A DNA stretch of 59,509 bases, counting the filler. It is 4 parts of 4 records of this genome, joined end to end, with 100 filler letters (N's around TTAATTAATTAA, not from the genome) between each part and the next. Parts side by side here need not be neighbours in the genome. Positions count along the whole stretch, not along the records: positions 15,027 to 25,055 come from DRR723986_5492; positions 25,156 to 31,348 come from DRR723986_5499; 2 more parts are not named here. One strand, written 5' to 3'. The notes beneath the pieces are model-generated. The model was not told the DNA's origin, searched no databases, and saw only the letters and a list, made by a program, of their open reading frames with translations. Within the stretch, counting starts at the first letter, position 1. Each line of letters opens with the position of its first letter. This document shows positions 20,101 through 29,241 of this stretch, in pieces. The position numbers were made by a program, and so were the translations under genes.

Positions 20101-20996
20101 TAAACAGTGTCATCGCCTGCACCTGCGGAAATGCTGTCATCTCCGGCGCCGCCATCAACAACATCATCATCAGGCCCATGGGTCGGATCGATAGCATCGC
20201 CACCATCAATCACATCGCCTTCGGGATCGCCAGTGTACGCCAGATCAATCACGTCGTTGCCAGCCGTGCCATCAACGATGCCATTGCCTTGACCCACGAC
20301 GGGTTCGTCCAGCACGGCTACATAGTCGATACCGCCGCTAAAGGGCTGGTCGAAATTGTCGTCTGTTGCTTCGCGTGCGCCGATGGAAAAGCTTTGTTCC
20401 GTATCGGTGGTCACGTCCAACGTCAGACCGGTCACGTCACTTGATACGTTCTCTGTGGTGCCTTGGGTAACGTTCTCGACCTGCAAATGGGGACCATTGT
20501 CGGCAGACCACGCATAGACCACCCGAACAACATCACCACCGGCAAAGAACCCGTCAGCCGTGCTGAGGATTGCTTCGTTGACGCCATCGCGATGCTGCAC
20601 TTCGACAGCACCATCGCTCGTAACGCGAATTTCAAAGAAACCAGTGTCGGCACCCGTTCCGCCACCGGGGCCATCTGTGCCATCTGCGCTTTGCTCAACG
20701 CCGCGGCTGACAACTGTATTTGTATCCGAGCCGTTGTCGCCAAAGGGGCGGAACACTGTCACGATAGAGCCTTCGCTCAGGTCAAATTCCTGATCGTCTC
20801 CGTCGTCGATGTCCATGCGCCCGCCTTCGGCCGTGCTGAACATCCAGCCTGCGGCAAAATCCGGATTATCTACTGGCGTACCATCCTGGGCAATGCCGTC
20901 TCCCAGGCCTGTATCATCAGTTTCCGCACTTGGTCGGAAATCCCACAAGCCGATTACGTTGGCTGAATACGGGTTGTCAAAATTCGTCGCCATCAC
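17148..20996 (-). CDS. Large RTX (Ca-binding) repeat protein with C-terminal Hint (BIL type B) domain and N-terminal LamG-like domain
   Basis: Many GGxGxDx repeats; CFTPGTLIATP..., VSPNHR, YVHFMFDQHEVV..GAWTESF. Confidence 0.92.
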   Translation of the reverse strand: MMATNFDNPYSANVIGLWDFRPSAETDDTGLGDGIAQDGTPVDNPDFAAGWMFSTAEGGRMDIDDGDDQEFDLSEGSIVTVFRPFGDNGSDTNTVVSRGVEQSADGTDGPGGGTGADTGFFEIRVTSDGAVEVQHRDGVNEAILSTADGFFAGGDVVRVVYAWSADNGPHLQVENVTQGTTENVSSDVTGLTLDVTTDTEQSFSIGAREATDDNFDQPFSGGIDYVAVLDEPVVGQGNGIVDGTAGNDVIDLAYTGDPEGDVIDGGDAIDPTHGPDDDVVDGGAGDDSISAGAGDDTVYAGSGNDTVDGEEGDDVLYGDGSAPGGGASGETREAFQWDLAPDPDDGGDVDDGDDLSGGFVQNTGTVDVTFSVLNETPTAGSDFSTQEQFVTNIDTDGPDADDNSALNSDLENPADAAGYQLEFSDPVTNVSFRVNDVDANGQVAVQAYAPNGDPITVNLAGGIGVTLSDTDGVAGDDTATGDGGHANPDNSVYSVLVTIPGPVGRVVIDHSVAGTGDSEVSFTDVYFDVANADTGPDGDDSLIGGGGDDEIYGGGGDDTVDGGDGSDSVEGGDGNDVINTGGDIGSNLPDRGFPSYDGLPAVPADGDIFDDRDTVDGGAGNDIILTGDDADVITGGTGDDSIDGGLDDDTISGGADNDLIVGGEGADSIDAGDGDDMVYGGLDPSFPDRLNIRDDGTDGPADVEQTNGLDYIDGGAGNDTLFGQDDDDTIVGGSGDDWIDGGIDEDSLSGGTGDDTILGRHGEDEIHGNEGNDVILGGEGADLVFGGDDRDTIGAGVGDTIEGGEGGDDLDTLIATGLAVVDYDETDPDGESGTITYYDTDLNVVGTAEFSEIEEVLVIGGPDGGGGGGAGGGGGAPTPPGPGTLGVDGVVEGTPGDDVIDLGYTGDPEGDLVDGDDAVAPLVDEQDVILAGDGNDSVHGRDDTDVIFGGTGDDTVSGDGGGDAIDGGEGDDSLDGGAGRDIVVGGDGDDTISGSNEDPDDGGDILSGQGDDDTFVNVGQGDVIIGGEDADGLDIDTLDLRGAAEAANPGGTLTVELDAGNPENGIVRFFDAAGDETGTSEFREIESIIPCFTPGTLIATPKGERRVEDLQIGDRIITRDNGIQDIKWIGQRQLDTKELAHAEHLNPILIREGALGNGLPERDMMVSPNHRVLVANDKTALYFEDREVLVAAKHLTGLEGVDVVEVSNVTYVHFMFDQHEVVLSDGAWTESFQPGDQTLAGMGNAQRTEIFELFPELKTREGLDAYAAARRSLKKHEARLLM

Positions 20997-21886
20997 ATTC
21001 TCCTTTTCGGCATACTAGATGCCGTCCCGCTTACATGCGGATCCCCCCACACACCGAGATGCACATGATGGTCCCACAGCAACCACAGCGTTCGCATAAG
21101 CGACAGATGGAGAGAGAGGTCCGCGCTCACAGTGGAGCGCACAGACAACTCATACGAGTCGCCCGCTTGCGCAATCGTCACAATCAGCTTGGCAGCAGCT
21201 GCGCGAACACACATTTCTCTCGCATCGTCCGATGCAAATCGTTGTGGTCGCCCCCGTGACCAACAGACATCGCCCCCCAGTTGGGCTAATCTATAAATAC
21301 CGGACGCTCCGAAACGGGCAAAGTGAAAAGACTCCTAAAATCGGCCAGACTTGCAGCTTGTCGGCCAGTCGGCCTGCTAAACAGGACAATCACGATCTCC
21401 CCACGGTTGTACATTGTTTCACCCCCGTCGAAATATGCTTGCGTTTTTACTATACCCAGTGGGCTTGGGCCTGCTGAACACCTAAGTAACGGCAAATACT
21501 CTCTGTTTTTGTTTCCGTTCAGTGAACAGTGAGATTCAAAACACAACCAAGAGGGACCCCCTTGAGAGCGGTCACTATTTCGCCTCAGTTGACCCTATTT
21601 TCGGAACCAATCCTTGAAATTCAGAGGTATTTTGCAGGAATCAGCGTGCAATCCGCCTTGTTTTGGTTCGAATCAACTTAGAATTTGCCCAAAATTAGCC
21701 GTTCAGATTCGCCACAGGTCAGTTCGCCTTTTCCGGGGTTCGACCGCGCAAGGCCCTCAGCCGTGATAATGGTCGGCTCCCGGTGGTGCACTTTCCCCAA
21801 CCGACGACGATTTAAGGGCCAAGCACGAATTTGTTTTACTGCCCCACGCACCCACGTTAGCTATTTTTCATTACAAGGAGACTTCG

Positions 21887-23515
21887 ATGGGCAACGTGAC
21901 AGTATTTTCGGCCAAAAAGATCATTACAATGGACCCCTCCCAACCAACAGCCACCCATGTGGCGGTTCAGGACGGCAAAATCCTCGCCACTGGCGGATCA
22001 GATTGCGCCGATGCTTGGGGCCCTGTCGAACACGATGACCGTCTTGCCCATACCACCCTGATGCCCGGATTTGTCGAAGGTCACGCCCACCTGATGGCCG
22101 GGGCGATGTGGAATTATGCCTATGCGGGCTACCACGACCGGATTGACCCGCAGGGGGACCTCCACCCCGGAATGACCGATCTAGATGCCGTGATCGCCAG
22201 CCTGCAATCCTTTGAACAGGATCTTCCCCCCGGTGAGCCTTTGATCGGCTGGGGCTTTGATCCGATATTCCTGACCTCAGTACGGATGAACCGCCATCAT
22301 CTGGATGCCATCAGCACCGACCGCCCTGTTGTTATCATCTATTCAAACTTTCACCTGCTCTGTGCCAACACCAAAGCGCTGGAAATGGCCGGGTACTCTC
22401 GCGAGACCAATGTCGAGGGTGTCATCAAGGACAATAACGGCGATCCAATTGGCGAGCTGCAGGAAATGGCGGCCATGTTCCCTGTGATGCGCCGCACCGG
22501 GGTCGACTTTCGCGGCTTGTCCCAAACCGAACAGGCGATCCGATCCTACGGCGACGTCTGTTGCCGTGCAGGTGTCACCACCGCAACCGACCTCTATTCC
22601 CATATGGAACAAGAGGACCTGTCCGTCCTGCTGTCCGTCACATCAGACCCGAAATTCGGGCTGCGCCTCGTGCCCGCCTTGGGCGCCGCTGGCGGATCAC
22701 CTGATGAATTGGCTGAGCGCGCCCTATCCCTACGCGCCGCATCCACCGACAAATTGCGCCTCGGCGCGGTTAAACTGATGACAGACGGTGCCATTCAGGG
22801 CTGGACCGCGCGCGTCAAATGGCCGGGCTATGTCGGCGGACAACCCAACGGCATCTGGAACACCCCTCCCGAAACGATCTTTGCCTTATGTGAATCCATG
22901 CAAAAGCACGGGGTGCAGATGCATATTCATGTGAACGGGGACGAAGCCTCCTCTGTCACCTTAGATGCGTTGGAGGCAGCGGCCCGCAAACATCCATGGG
23001 CCGGCGCACGCCATGTCCTGCAACATTGCCAACTGATGGGCCGGGATCAATTTCGCCGCTGCGCCGACCTGAATGTCTGCACCAATATCTTTTCCAACCA
23101 CCTCTATTACTTTGGCGATCAGCACGTGGCGCTCACCATCGGCAAAGACCGCGCCCACCGGATGGACGCCGCCCGCTCCGCCTTGGACGAAGGGTTGCGA
23201 ATTGCCCTGCATTCCGACGCACCTGTCACGCCACTAGGTCCGCTGTTTACCGCGTGGTGTGCTGTGAACCGCCAAACCATGACCGGGCAGGTTCTGGGCG
23301 AAAACCAATGTATCACCGTGGACGAGGCGCTGTATGCCATCACGCTGGGCGCGGCCTATACCCTGAAACTGGACAGCGAAATCGGCAGCATCGAAACCGG
23401 TAAGAAAGCTGACTTTGCCATTTTGGACCAGGACCCCACTGCGGTAGATCCCGCAGCGCTCAAAGACGTTGGGGTGCTTGGCACCGTCTCAGGTGGGAAT
23501 GTGCGCCTGCTATGA
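21887..23515 (+). CDS. Amidohydrolase family 3 protein
   Basis: PGFVEGHAH, HIHVNGD, QH, HSDAP, GSIETGKKADF; AAGGAG RBS. Confidence 0.9.
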   Translation: MGNVTVFSAKKIITMDPSQPTATHVAVQDGKILATGGSDCADAWGPVEHDDRLAHTTLMPGFVEGHAHLMAGAMWNYAYAGYHDRIDPQGDLHPGMTDLDAVIASLQSFEQDLPPGEPLIGWGFDPIFLTSVRMNRHHLDAISTDRPVVIIYSNFHLLCANTKALEMAGYSRETNVEGVIKDNNGDPIGELQEMAAMFPVMRRTGVDFRGLSQTEQAIRSYGDVCCRAGVTTATDLYSHMEQEDLSVLLSVTSDPKFGLRLVPALGAAGGSPDELAERALSLRAASTDKLRLGAVKLMTDGAIQGWTARVKWPGYVGGQPNGIWNTPPETIFALCESMQKHGVQMHIHVNGDEASSVTLDALEAAARKHPWAGARHVLQHCQLMGRDQFRRCADLNVCTNIFSNHLYYFGDQHVALTIGKDRAHRMDAARSALDEGLRIALHSDAPVTPLGPLFTAWCAVNRQTMTGQVLGENQCITVDEALYAITLGAAYTLKLDSEIGSIETGKKADFAILDQDPTAVDPAALKDVGVLGTVSGGNVRLL

Positions 23516-24372
23516 CCCGCCTGCCCCTCACGGTGATCAGCGGCTATCTTGGCGCTGGCAAAACAACACTGATCAACCGCTTGCTGGCCGAAGATCACGG
23601 CCTGCGTCTGTTGGTGATGGTCAATGATTTCGGCGCCATCAATATTGATGCGGCCCTGATCGAAACATCCGGCGATGATACAATCGCGCTGACCAACGGG
23701 TGTGTGTGCTGCACCATGGGGGCTGATCTGTTCATGGCCTTGGGCGATGCGCTGGATCGCCGCCCCCGCCCCGACCATCTGGTGATCGAGGCCAGCGGCA
23801 TCGCCGACCCCGCCGCCATCGCCAACGCCGCCAAAGCCGAACCAGAGATGTCATATGCCGGGATCGTCACGCTGATAGATGCCTTGAATTGCGCCGATCT
23901 GCTAACGGACGACTTGATCGCACCCCAAGTCGCGCAACAAATTCAAGCGGCCGATCTGAAACTGCTGACCAAGGGTCCGACGCCCTCTGATGACCTGACC
24001 CAACAACTGCAGGCACATGATCTCTCTATACCTATGCCACTCCCCGATGGTCCTCTGGCCCCGCTGGTGTTTGGGGTAACGCCGCTTCCCAATTCCCGGC
24101 CCACAGCAACACACCCTATATATACGCATTGGAACGACTCCGCGCCGGACCCGCTTAGCCGCACTCAGCTAGAGACCAAAATCCAAAACCGACCCGATGG
24201 GCTGTATCGTGTCAAAGGGTTCGTTACCGGCCCCGATGGAACATTCGAAATTCACTGTGTCGGCACCCACACAGAAATCCGCACCTCAGACACGCAAGCC
24301 CAAGGGATCGTGGCACTGGGCCTCGCGGATCGCATTTCTGCCGACCAAATCGCAACATGGTGGACCACATGA
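23512..24372 (+). CDS. CobW/COG0523 G3E GTPase (metallochaperone)
   Basis: GYLGAGKTT, NDFG, GCVCC, IEASG, RVKG; ATGA overlap with the upstream gene. Confidence 0.92.
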   Translation: MTRLPLTVISGYLGAGKTTLINRLLAEDHGLRLLVMVNDFGAINIDAALIETSGDDTIALTNGCVCCTMGADLFMALGDALDRRPRPDHLVIEASGIADPAAIANAAKAEPEMSYAGIVTLIDALNCADLLTDDLIAPQVAQQIQAADLKLLTKGPTPSDDLTQQLQAHDLSIPMPLPDGPLAPLVFGVTPLPNSRPTATHPIYTHWNDSAPDPLSRTQLETKIQNRPDGLYRVKGFVTGPDGTFEIHCVGTHTEIRTSDTQAQGIVALGLADRISADQIATWWTT

Positions 24373-25055
24373 CCCGCGATACGGCCCTGTCTCTATCAGA
24401 CGACGCCTTTGACACCGGAACGTTCTGGCAAGCCTTGGCAGATCTCGTGCGTATCCCGTCCGAAAGCCAGAACCCCGCCGCCGCCCCACATCTGTCCACC
24501 TATCTCAGCGACCAGATCATCCCCCGCGCCGAACGGTTGGGCATGACCTGCACTCTGCTGCCAAACCCAACGGGCGGCGCGCCTTTTCTGTTGGCAACCC
24601 GGATCGAAGACGCCGCCTTGCCCACGATCCTGTCCTATGGGCATGGCGACGTCACCCACGCCCAAAGCCCAGATTGGGATGATGGCCTAACCCCCTTTGA
24701 CCTGACCCACGTTGGCGATCGGGTCTATGGCCGTGGCACCGCCGACAACAAGGGCCAGCACCTGATTAATCTCACCGCCTTAGAAAGTGTTCTAACAACG
24801 CGCGGACACCTTGGCTTCAATTTCAAACTCCTGATGGAAATGGGCGAAGAAATCGGGTCGCCCGGCTTGGCAGACCTCTGTGAGACGGAACAAGACCGCC
24901 TAAAGGCAGACGTCTTGATTGCCTCAGATGGCCCCCGGTTAGATCCCGATACCCCGACATTGTTTATGGGCGCACGCGGCGCGCTCAATTTTGATCTCAG
25001 CATAGATCTGCGACCCAGCGCGCATCATTCGGGCAATTGGGGCGGCTTGCTGGCT
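24369..25055 (+). CDS. M20 family metallopeptidase, 3' truncated
   Basis: YGHGDV, GRGTADNKG, GEEIGS, SDGP, HSGNWGG. Confidence 0.9.
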
Positions 25056-25155
25056 NNNNNNNNNNNNNNNNNNNNNNNNNNNNNNNNNNNNNNNNNNNNT
25101 TAATTAATTAANNNNNNNNNNNNNNNNNNNNNNNNNNNNNNNNNNNNNNNNNNNN
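25056..25155. other. Artificial contig linker
   Basis: 44 N + TTAATTAATTAA + 44 N. Confidence 0.99.
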
Positions 25156-25156
25156 G

Positions 25157-26437
25157 GTGGTGGTCAACACCATGCCGATGCTGCGTTCAGGCGAGCTGGG
25201 TGCGATCATCGACAAGGCCGAAATCACCCATGCGTTGTGCGACACCCGATTGATGGAGGACATGGTCAAATGCGCCAAGGAATCCAAGTTCCTGAAATCA
25301 GTCGTTGGCTTTGACGGCACATCGAACCACGACGCCGAACTCGATCGCTTGGCATTGGAGAAATCCGTGCGCTTTGATGCGGTCGACACAGGCCGTGATG
25401 ATGTGGCCTTGCTCGGGTTCACCTCGGGCACCACGGGCGATCCTAAGGCGACGATGCATTTTCACCGCGACTTGTTGATCATCGCCGATGGCTATGCCCA
25501 AGAAGTTCTGGGCGTGACCGAAGACGACGTGTTCATCGGCTCGCCCCCGTTGGCGTTCACCTTTGGTCTGGGCGGCTTGGCTGTATTCCCCCTGCGGTTC
25601 GGCGCGGCGGCGACCCTGTTGGAACAGGCCAGCCCGCCAAACATGGTTGAAATCATTCAGCAATACAAAGCGACCGTGTGCTTTACTGCGCCCACAGCAT
25701 ACCGTTTCATGCTGCAAGCGATGGAGGACGGGGCCGATCTGTCATCGCTGCGTGCGGCGGTGTCCGCAGGGGAAACCCTGCCTGCCCCGGTCTATGACGC
25801 CTGGATCGAGCAGACCGGCAAGCCAATGCTCGACGGGATCGGTGCAACAGAAATGCTGCATATCTTTATCTCAAACCGGTTTGACGATCACCGCCCCGCC
25901 TGCACCGGCAAGCCCGTCAGTGGATATGAGGTGCGTATTCTGGACGACGAAGGGCGCGAATTGCCGCCGGGCGAGGTTGGCAAACTGGCGGTGCGCGGCC
26001 CCACCGGATGCCGCTATCTGGCGGATGACCGTCAGGGTGTTTACGTCAAAGACGGCTGGAACGTCACCGGCGATGCCTTTGTGATGGACAAAGACGGGTA
26101 TCTGCATTTTGCGGCCCGTAACGACGATATGATCGTCTCGTCCGGCTATAATATCGCTGGCCCCGAGGTCGAAGCGGCGTTGTTGGCCCATCCCGCGGTT
26201 AGTGAATGCGGTGTGATCGCCGCCCCCGATGAGGCGCGTGGTCATATCGTTGAGGCCCATGTGGTGCTGATTGAAGGTGAGACGCCCAGCGATCTGATGA
26301 TCAAGACCCTGCAGGATCACGTCAAAGCCACCATCGCCCCTTATAAATATCCCCGCAGCGTCAAATTCATCGACGCGCTGCCCAAGACACAAACCGGCAA
26401 GATCCAGCGCTTTCGCCTGCGCCCTGATCTGCACTGA
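25157..26437 (+). CDS. Aromatic acid-CoA ligase (2-aminobenzoate-CoA ligase-like), 5' truncated
   Basis: FTSGTTGDPK, AFTFGLGG, DGIGATEMLHIF, TGKIQRF. Confidence 0.85.
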   Translation: MVVNTMPMLRSGELGAIIDKAEITHALCDTRLMEDMVKCAKESKFLKSVVGFDGTSNHDAELDRLALEKSVRFDAVDTGRDDVALLGFTSGTTGDPKATMHFHRDLLIIADGYAQEVLGVTEDDVFIGSPPLAFTFGLGGLAVFPLRFGAAATLLEQASPPNMVEIIQQYKATVCFTAPTAYRFMLQAMEDGADLSSLRAAVSAGETLPAPVYDAWIEQTGKPMLDGIGATEMLHIFISNRFDDHRPACTGKPVSGYEVRILDDEGRELPPGEVGKLAVRGPTGCRYLADDRQGVYVKDGWNVTGDAFVMDKDGYLHFAARNDDMIVSSGYNIAGPEVEAALLAHPAVSECGVIAAPDEARGHIVEAHVVLIEGETPSDLMIKTLQDHVKATIAPYKYPRSVKFIDALPKTQTGKIQRFRLRPDLH

Positions 26438-26449
26438 ACGGAGAGCAGT

Positions 26450-26845
26450 ATGACTCATCAAATTATTCAACCCAACGGTTGGGCCCCGGCCAAAGGCTAT
26501 GCCAACGGCGTGTTGACCAAAGACGGGCAGCTATACGTGGGCGGACAGATCGGTTGGACGGCGGATCAGGTGTTTGAAACCCATGACTTCATCGGACAGA
26601 TGGAACAGACCCTGCGCAATATCATGGATGTGGTCGAGGCCGCCGGTGGACGGGCCGAACATATCACCCGGTTGACGTGGTACGTAACGGACAAGAAAGA
26701 ATACCTAGCCCGTCAGGGTGAAATTGGCGCCGTGTATCGCAAAGTTCTGGGCCGGCATTTTCCGGCGATGGCGATGGTGGTTGTGGCCGGATTGGTCGAG
26801 GACGACGCGTTGCTAGAGATTGAAGCGACAGCTGTCATCAACTGA
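26450..26845 (+). CDS. RidA family protein
   Basis: KGYANG, GGQIG, FPAM, LEIEATA; typical companion of aminobenzoate-CoA ligase. Confidence 0.9.
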   Translation: MTHQIIQPNGWAPAKGYANGVLTKDGQLYVGGQIGWTADQVFETHDFIGQMEQTLRNIMDVVEAAGGRAEHITRLTWYVTDKKEYLARQGEIGAVYRKVLGRHFPAMAMVVVAGLVEDDALLEIEATAVIN

Positions 26846-26895
26846 CTCGACCCAACACCTAAATTCAGAAACAGTCATCCCGAGGAGGAATCGGG

Positions 26896-27708
26896 ATGAC
26901 TGAAATGACTGTAAAGCAGGTTGCTGGCTATGTGGGGGCCGAGATTTCGGGTCTGTCGCTAACCGGCTTGGATGACGCCGGGTTTCAGGTGATACGGGAT
27001 GCCTTGTTTAAGCATGGTGTCGTGTTTTTTCGCGATCAGGATGTCTCGCCCGAGGATCATATCGCGCTGGCGCAGCGCTTTGGCACCATTGATGTGAACC
27101 GGTTCTTTACCCCCGTTGCCACCCACCCCAACATTGCCGAGGTGCGCACCGAAGCGGATCAGAAATACGTTATTGGCGGGTCTTGGCACACCGATCATTC
27201 CTACGACACCGAACCTGCCATGTGTTCGATCCTCGTGGCGCAGGAATTACCCCCCTTTGGTGGAGACACGTTGTTTGCATCACAGACCGCTGCCTACAAC
27301 CATCTTTCAGATGGGCTGAAGGCCATGCTGGGAAATATGAAGGCCTGGCATTCCGACGCCTCGTTCAGCGACAGCCCCAAGGATGGGCGTTTGACGGATG
27401 AGGGCGTGACGAAGCCGGTGTTGCATCCGGTGGTCATTCACCATCCGCAGACCGGGGAAAAGGCGCTGTATGTGAACGGGGATTTCACCACGCATTTCGA
27501 GGGCTGGACCAAAGCAGAAAGCCAGCCGCTGCTGGATTACCTGTATGACTATTGCACCCAACCCGCCTTTGCCTGTCGGTTCCAGTGGAAACCCGGCAGC
27601 GTCGCGATCTGGGACAACCGATTGGTACAGCATTATGCGGTGGCCGATTATCACGGTGCGCGGCGGCTGATGCATCGCGTTACAGTCGAGGGACAACCGT
27701 TGAACTAA
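26896..27708 (+). CDS. TauD/TfdA Fe(II)/2-oxoglutarate dioxygenase
   Basis: WHTD, GGDTLF, HPVV..HP.TG, WDNR..QH...R. Confidence 0.93.
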   Translation: MTEMTVKQVAGYVGAEISGLSLTGLDDAGFQVIRDALFKHGVVFFRDQDVSPEDHIALAQRFGTIDVNRFFTPVATHPNIAEVRTEADQKYVIGGSWHTDHSYDTEPAMCSILVAQELPPFGGDTLFASQTAAYNHLSDGLKAMLGNMKAWHSDASFSDSPKDGRLTDEGVTKPVLHPVVIHHPQTGEKALYVNGDFTTHFEGWTKAESQPLLDYLYDYCTQPAFACRFQWKPGSVAIWDNRLVQHYAVADYHGARRLMHRVTVEGQPLN

Positions 27709-27786
27709 CCCATTCGTGTGCAATCAAATTGACATCCCCCGACATCAGGGGGATGACTTATTTCTATTGAAATGAGGAGCCTGCTT

Positions 27787-28611
27787 ATGTCCAAACCTTG
27801 CATTTTGTGCTGCGCCATTACTGGGTCTGTTCCGACCACGGCGGATAACCCCAATGTGCCTGTGACCATCTCACAGCAGGTCGAAAGCAGCCATGCAGCG
27901 GTCGAGGCAGGCGCGTCTATTATCCATGCCCACGTGCGCAACGACGATGAAACCCCGACATCAGACCCAGACCAGTTTGCCCTGCTCAAGGAAGGTCTGC
28001 AAAAACACTGCCCCGGCGTGATTATCCAGTTCTCGACCGGTGGCCGATCTGGTGCGGGTCGTGATCGCGGTGGCATGTTGCCATTGCGCCCTGACATGGC
28101 ATCATTGTCGGTGGGGTCGAACAATTTCCCAACGCGCGTTTATGAGAATTCGCCCGATTTGGTGGCATGGCTGTCTGCGGAAATGATCAAGTATGAGGTC
28201 ACGCCCGAGATCGAAGCCTTTGACCTGAGCCATATCCTGCACGCGATCCGGATGAGCGAACAAGGGCTGCTATTTGGCAAGCTGTATGTGCAGTTCGTGA
28301 TGGGTGTGAAAAACGCAATGCCTGCGGACAAAGAAGTCTTTGATTTCTACGCCAAGATTATGCGTGAACGCGCCCCGGATGCGGAATGGTGCGCCGCCGG
28401 GATCGGACCAAACCAGTTGATCGTCAACGAATGGGCCATTGCCAATGGCGGGCACACACGCGCCGGTCTTGAGGATAACATCCGCATCGACAAGAACACA
28501 CTTGCCCCGTCAAACGCGGCCTTGATCGCACGCGCCGCTGATCTGTGCGAAAAATACGAACGCCCCGTGGCAACACCTGCCCAAGCGCGTGAGATTCTGG
28601 GCCTGAAATAA
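27787..28611 (+). CDS. BKACE (3-keto-5-aminohexanoate cleavage) family enzyme
   Basis: AITG, IIHAHVR, STGGRSG, GLED, ATPAQAREILG; GAGGAG RBS. Confidence 0.92.
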   Translation: MSKPCILCCAITGSVPTTADNPNVPVTISQQVESSHAAVEAGASIIHAHVRNDDETPTSDPDQFALLKEGLQKHCPGVIIQFSTGGRSGAGRDRGGMLPLRPDMASLSVGSNNFPTRVYENSPDLVAWLSAEMIKYEVTPEIEAFDLSHILHAIRMSEQGLLFGKLYVQFVMGVKNAMPADKEVFDFYAKIMRERAPDAEWCAAGIGPNQLIVNEWAIANGGHTRAGLEDNIRIDKNTLAPSNAALIARAADLCEKYERPVATPAQAREILGLK

Positions 28612-28758
28612 GCCTGATCTTTTGCGCCTACAACGCGCATTTTTGGCGCGACCCTCTGGGGTTTCTGAATGTTACCCAGGGTCGCGTCACGCAAAGCTGG
28701 CCAAACATCACTCATATCTGCCCCCAAACGCTTTGCGTGATTGCATATTGGGGTTCCG

Positions 28759-29154
28759 TTAGCTCGCCGCCGTCGCCTCGATCTCAAACAGCAAGCCAGG
28801 AAGCGCCAATTGGGTCACGCCCAACAAGGTCATCGGCGGAGCAATCTGATGCGGCCCGAAACGCATGCCCATCAGATCAAAGTTTTTCAGTGCGGCGTCC
28901 ACATCCACCGCATAGACGCCCAAGCGTATGACATTGCTCAGATCCATTCCAGCCGCTGCCAAAGTCGCCTCAAGGTTATCCAACGCCAGAGTGATCTGAG
29001 CCCGCATATCGTCGAGGTGCTGCGGATTGCCCTGACCATCAACCGCGGTTTGTCCCGCGCAAATGACCTGACGCGTCGCCCCTTCGATCACTTCGGCCTG
29101 ATTGTACCCTAGTTGTAAAGACCAGTCCCACGGGTTCACTGCGGTGCGTTTCAT
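28759..29154 (-). CDS. RidA family protein
   Basis: NPWDW, GYNQA, CAGQT, TLLGVTQLA..LLFEIEATA. Confidence 0.88.
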   Translation of the reverse strand: MKRTAVNPWDWSLQLGYNQAEVIEGATRQVICAGQTAVDGQGNPQHLDDMRAQITLALDNLEATLAAAGMDLSNVIRLGVYAVDVDAALKNFDLMGMRFGPHQIAPPMTLLGVTQLALPGLLFEIEATAAS

Positions 29155-29198
29155 TGTCTCATTCCCTTGTTCCATGTTGCTGAAATCTGTCTAAATTC

Positions 29199-29225
29199 AA
29201 ATAGTGCCAAAATTTGACACTATTT
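29199..29225. promoter_or_regulatory. Palindromic operator between ridA and the WYL regulator
   Basis: AAATAGTGCCAAAATTTGACACTATTT, near-perfect 27-bp palindrome. Confidence 0.75.
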
Positions 29226-29241
29226 ACGGTAGGGTTATCAA

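Noticed and set aside
21300-21345. GGCAAA...GAAA resembling a c-di-GMP-I riboswitch
   Set aside because: The required P2/P3 pairing and downstream conserved motif are not evident.
27733-27755. CATCCCCC/GGGGGATG hairpin between tauD and BKACE
   Set aside because: Real 8-bp stem, but there is no U-tail and no second copy, so no function can be assigned.
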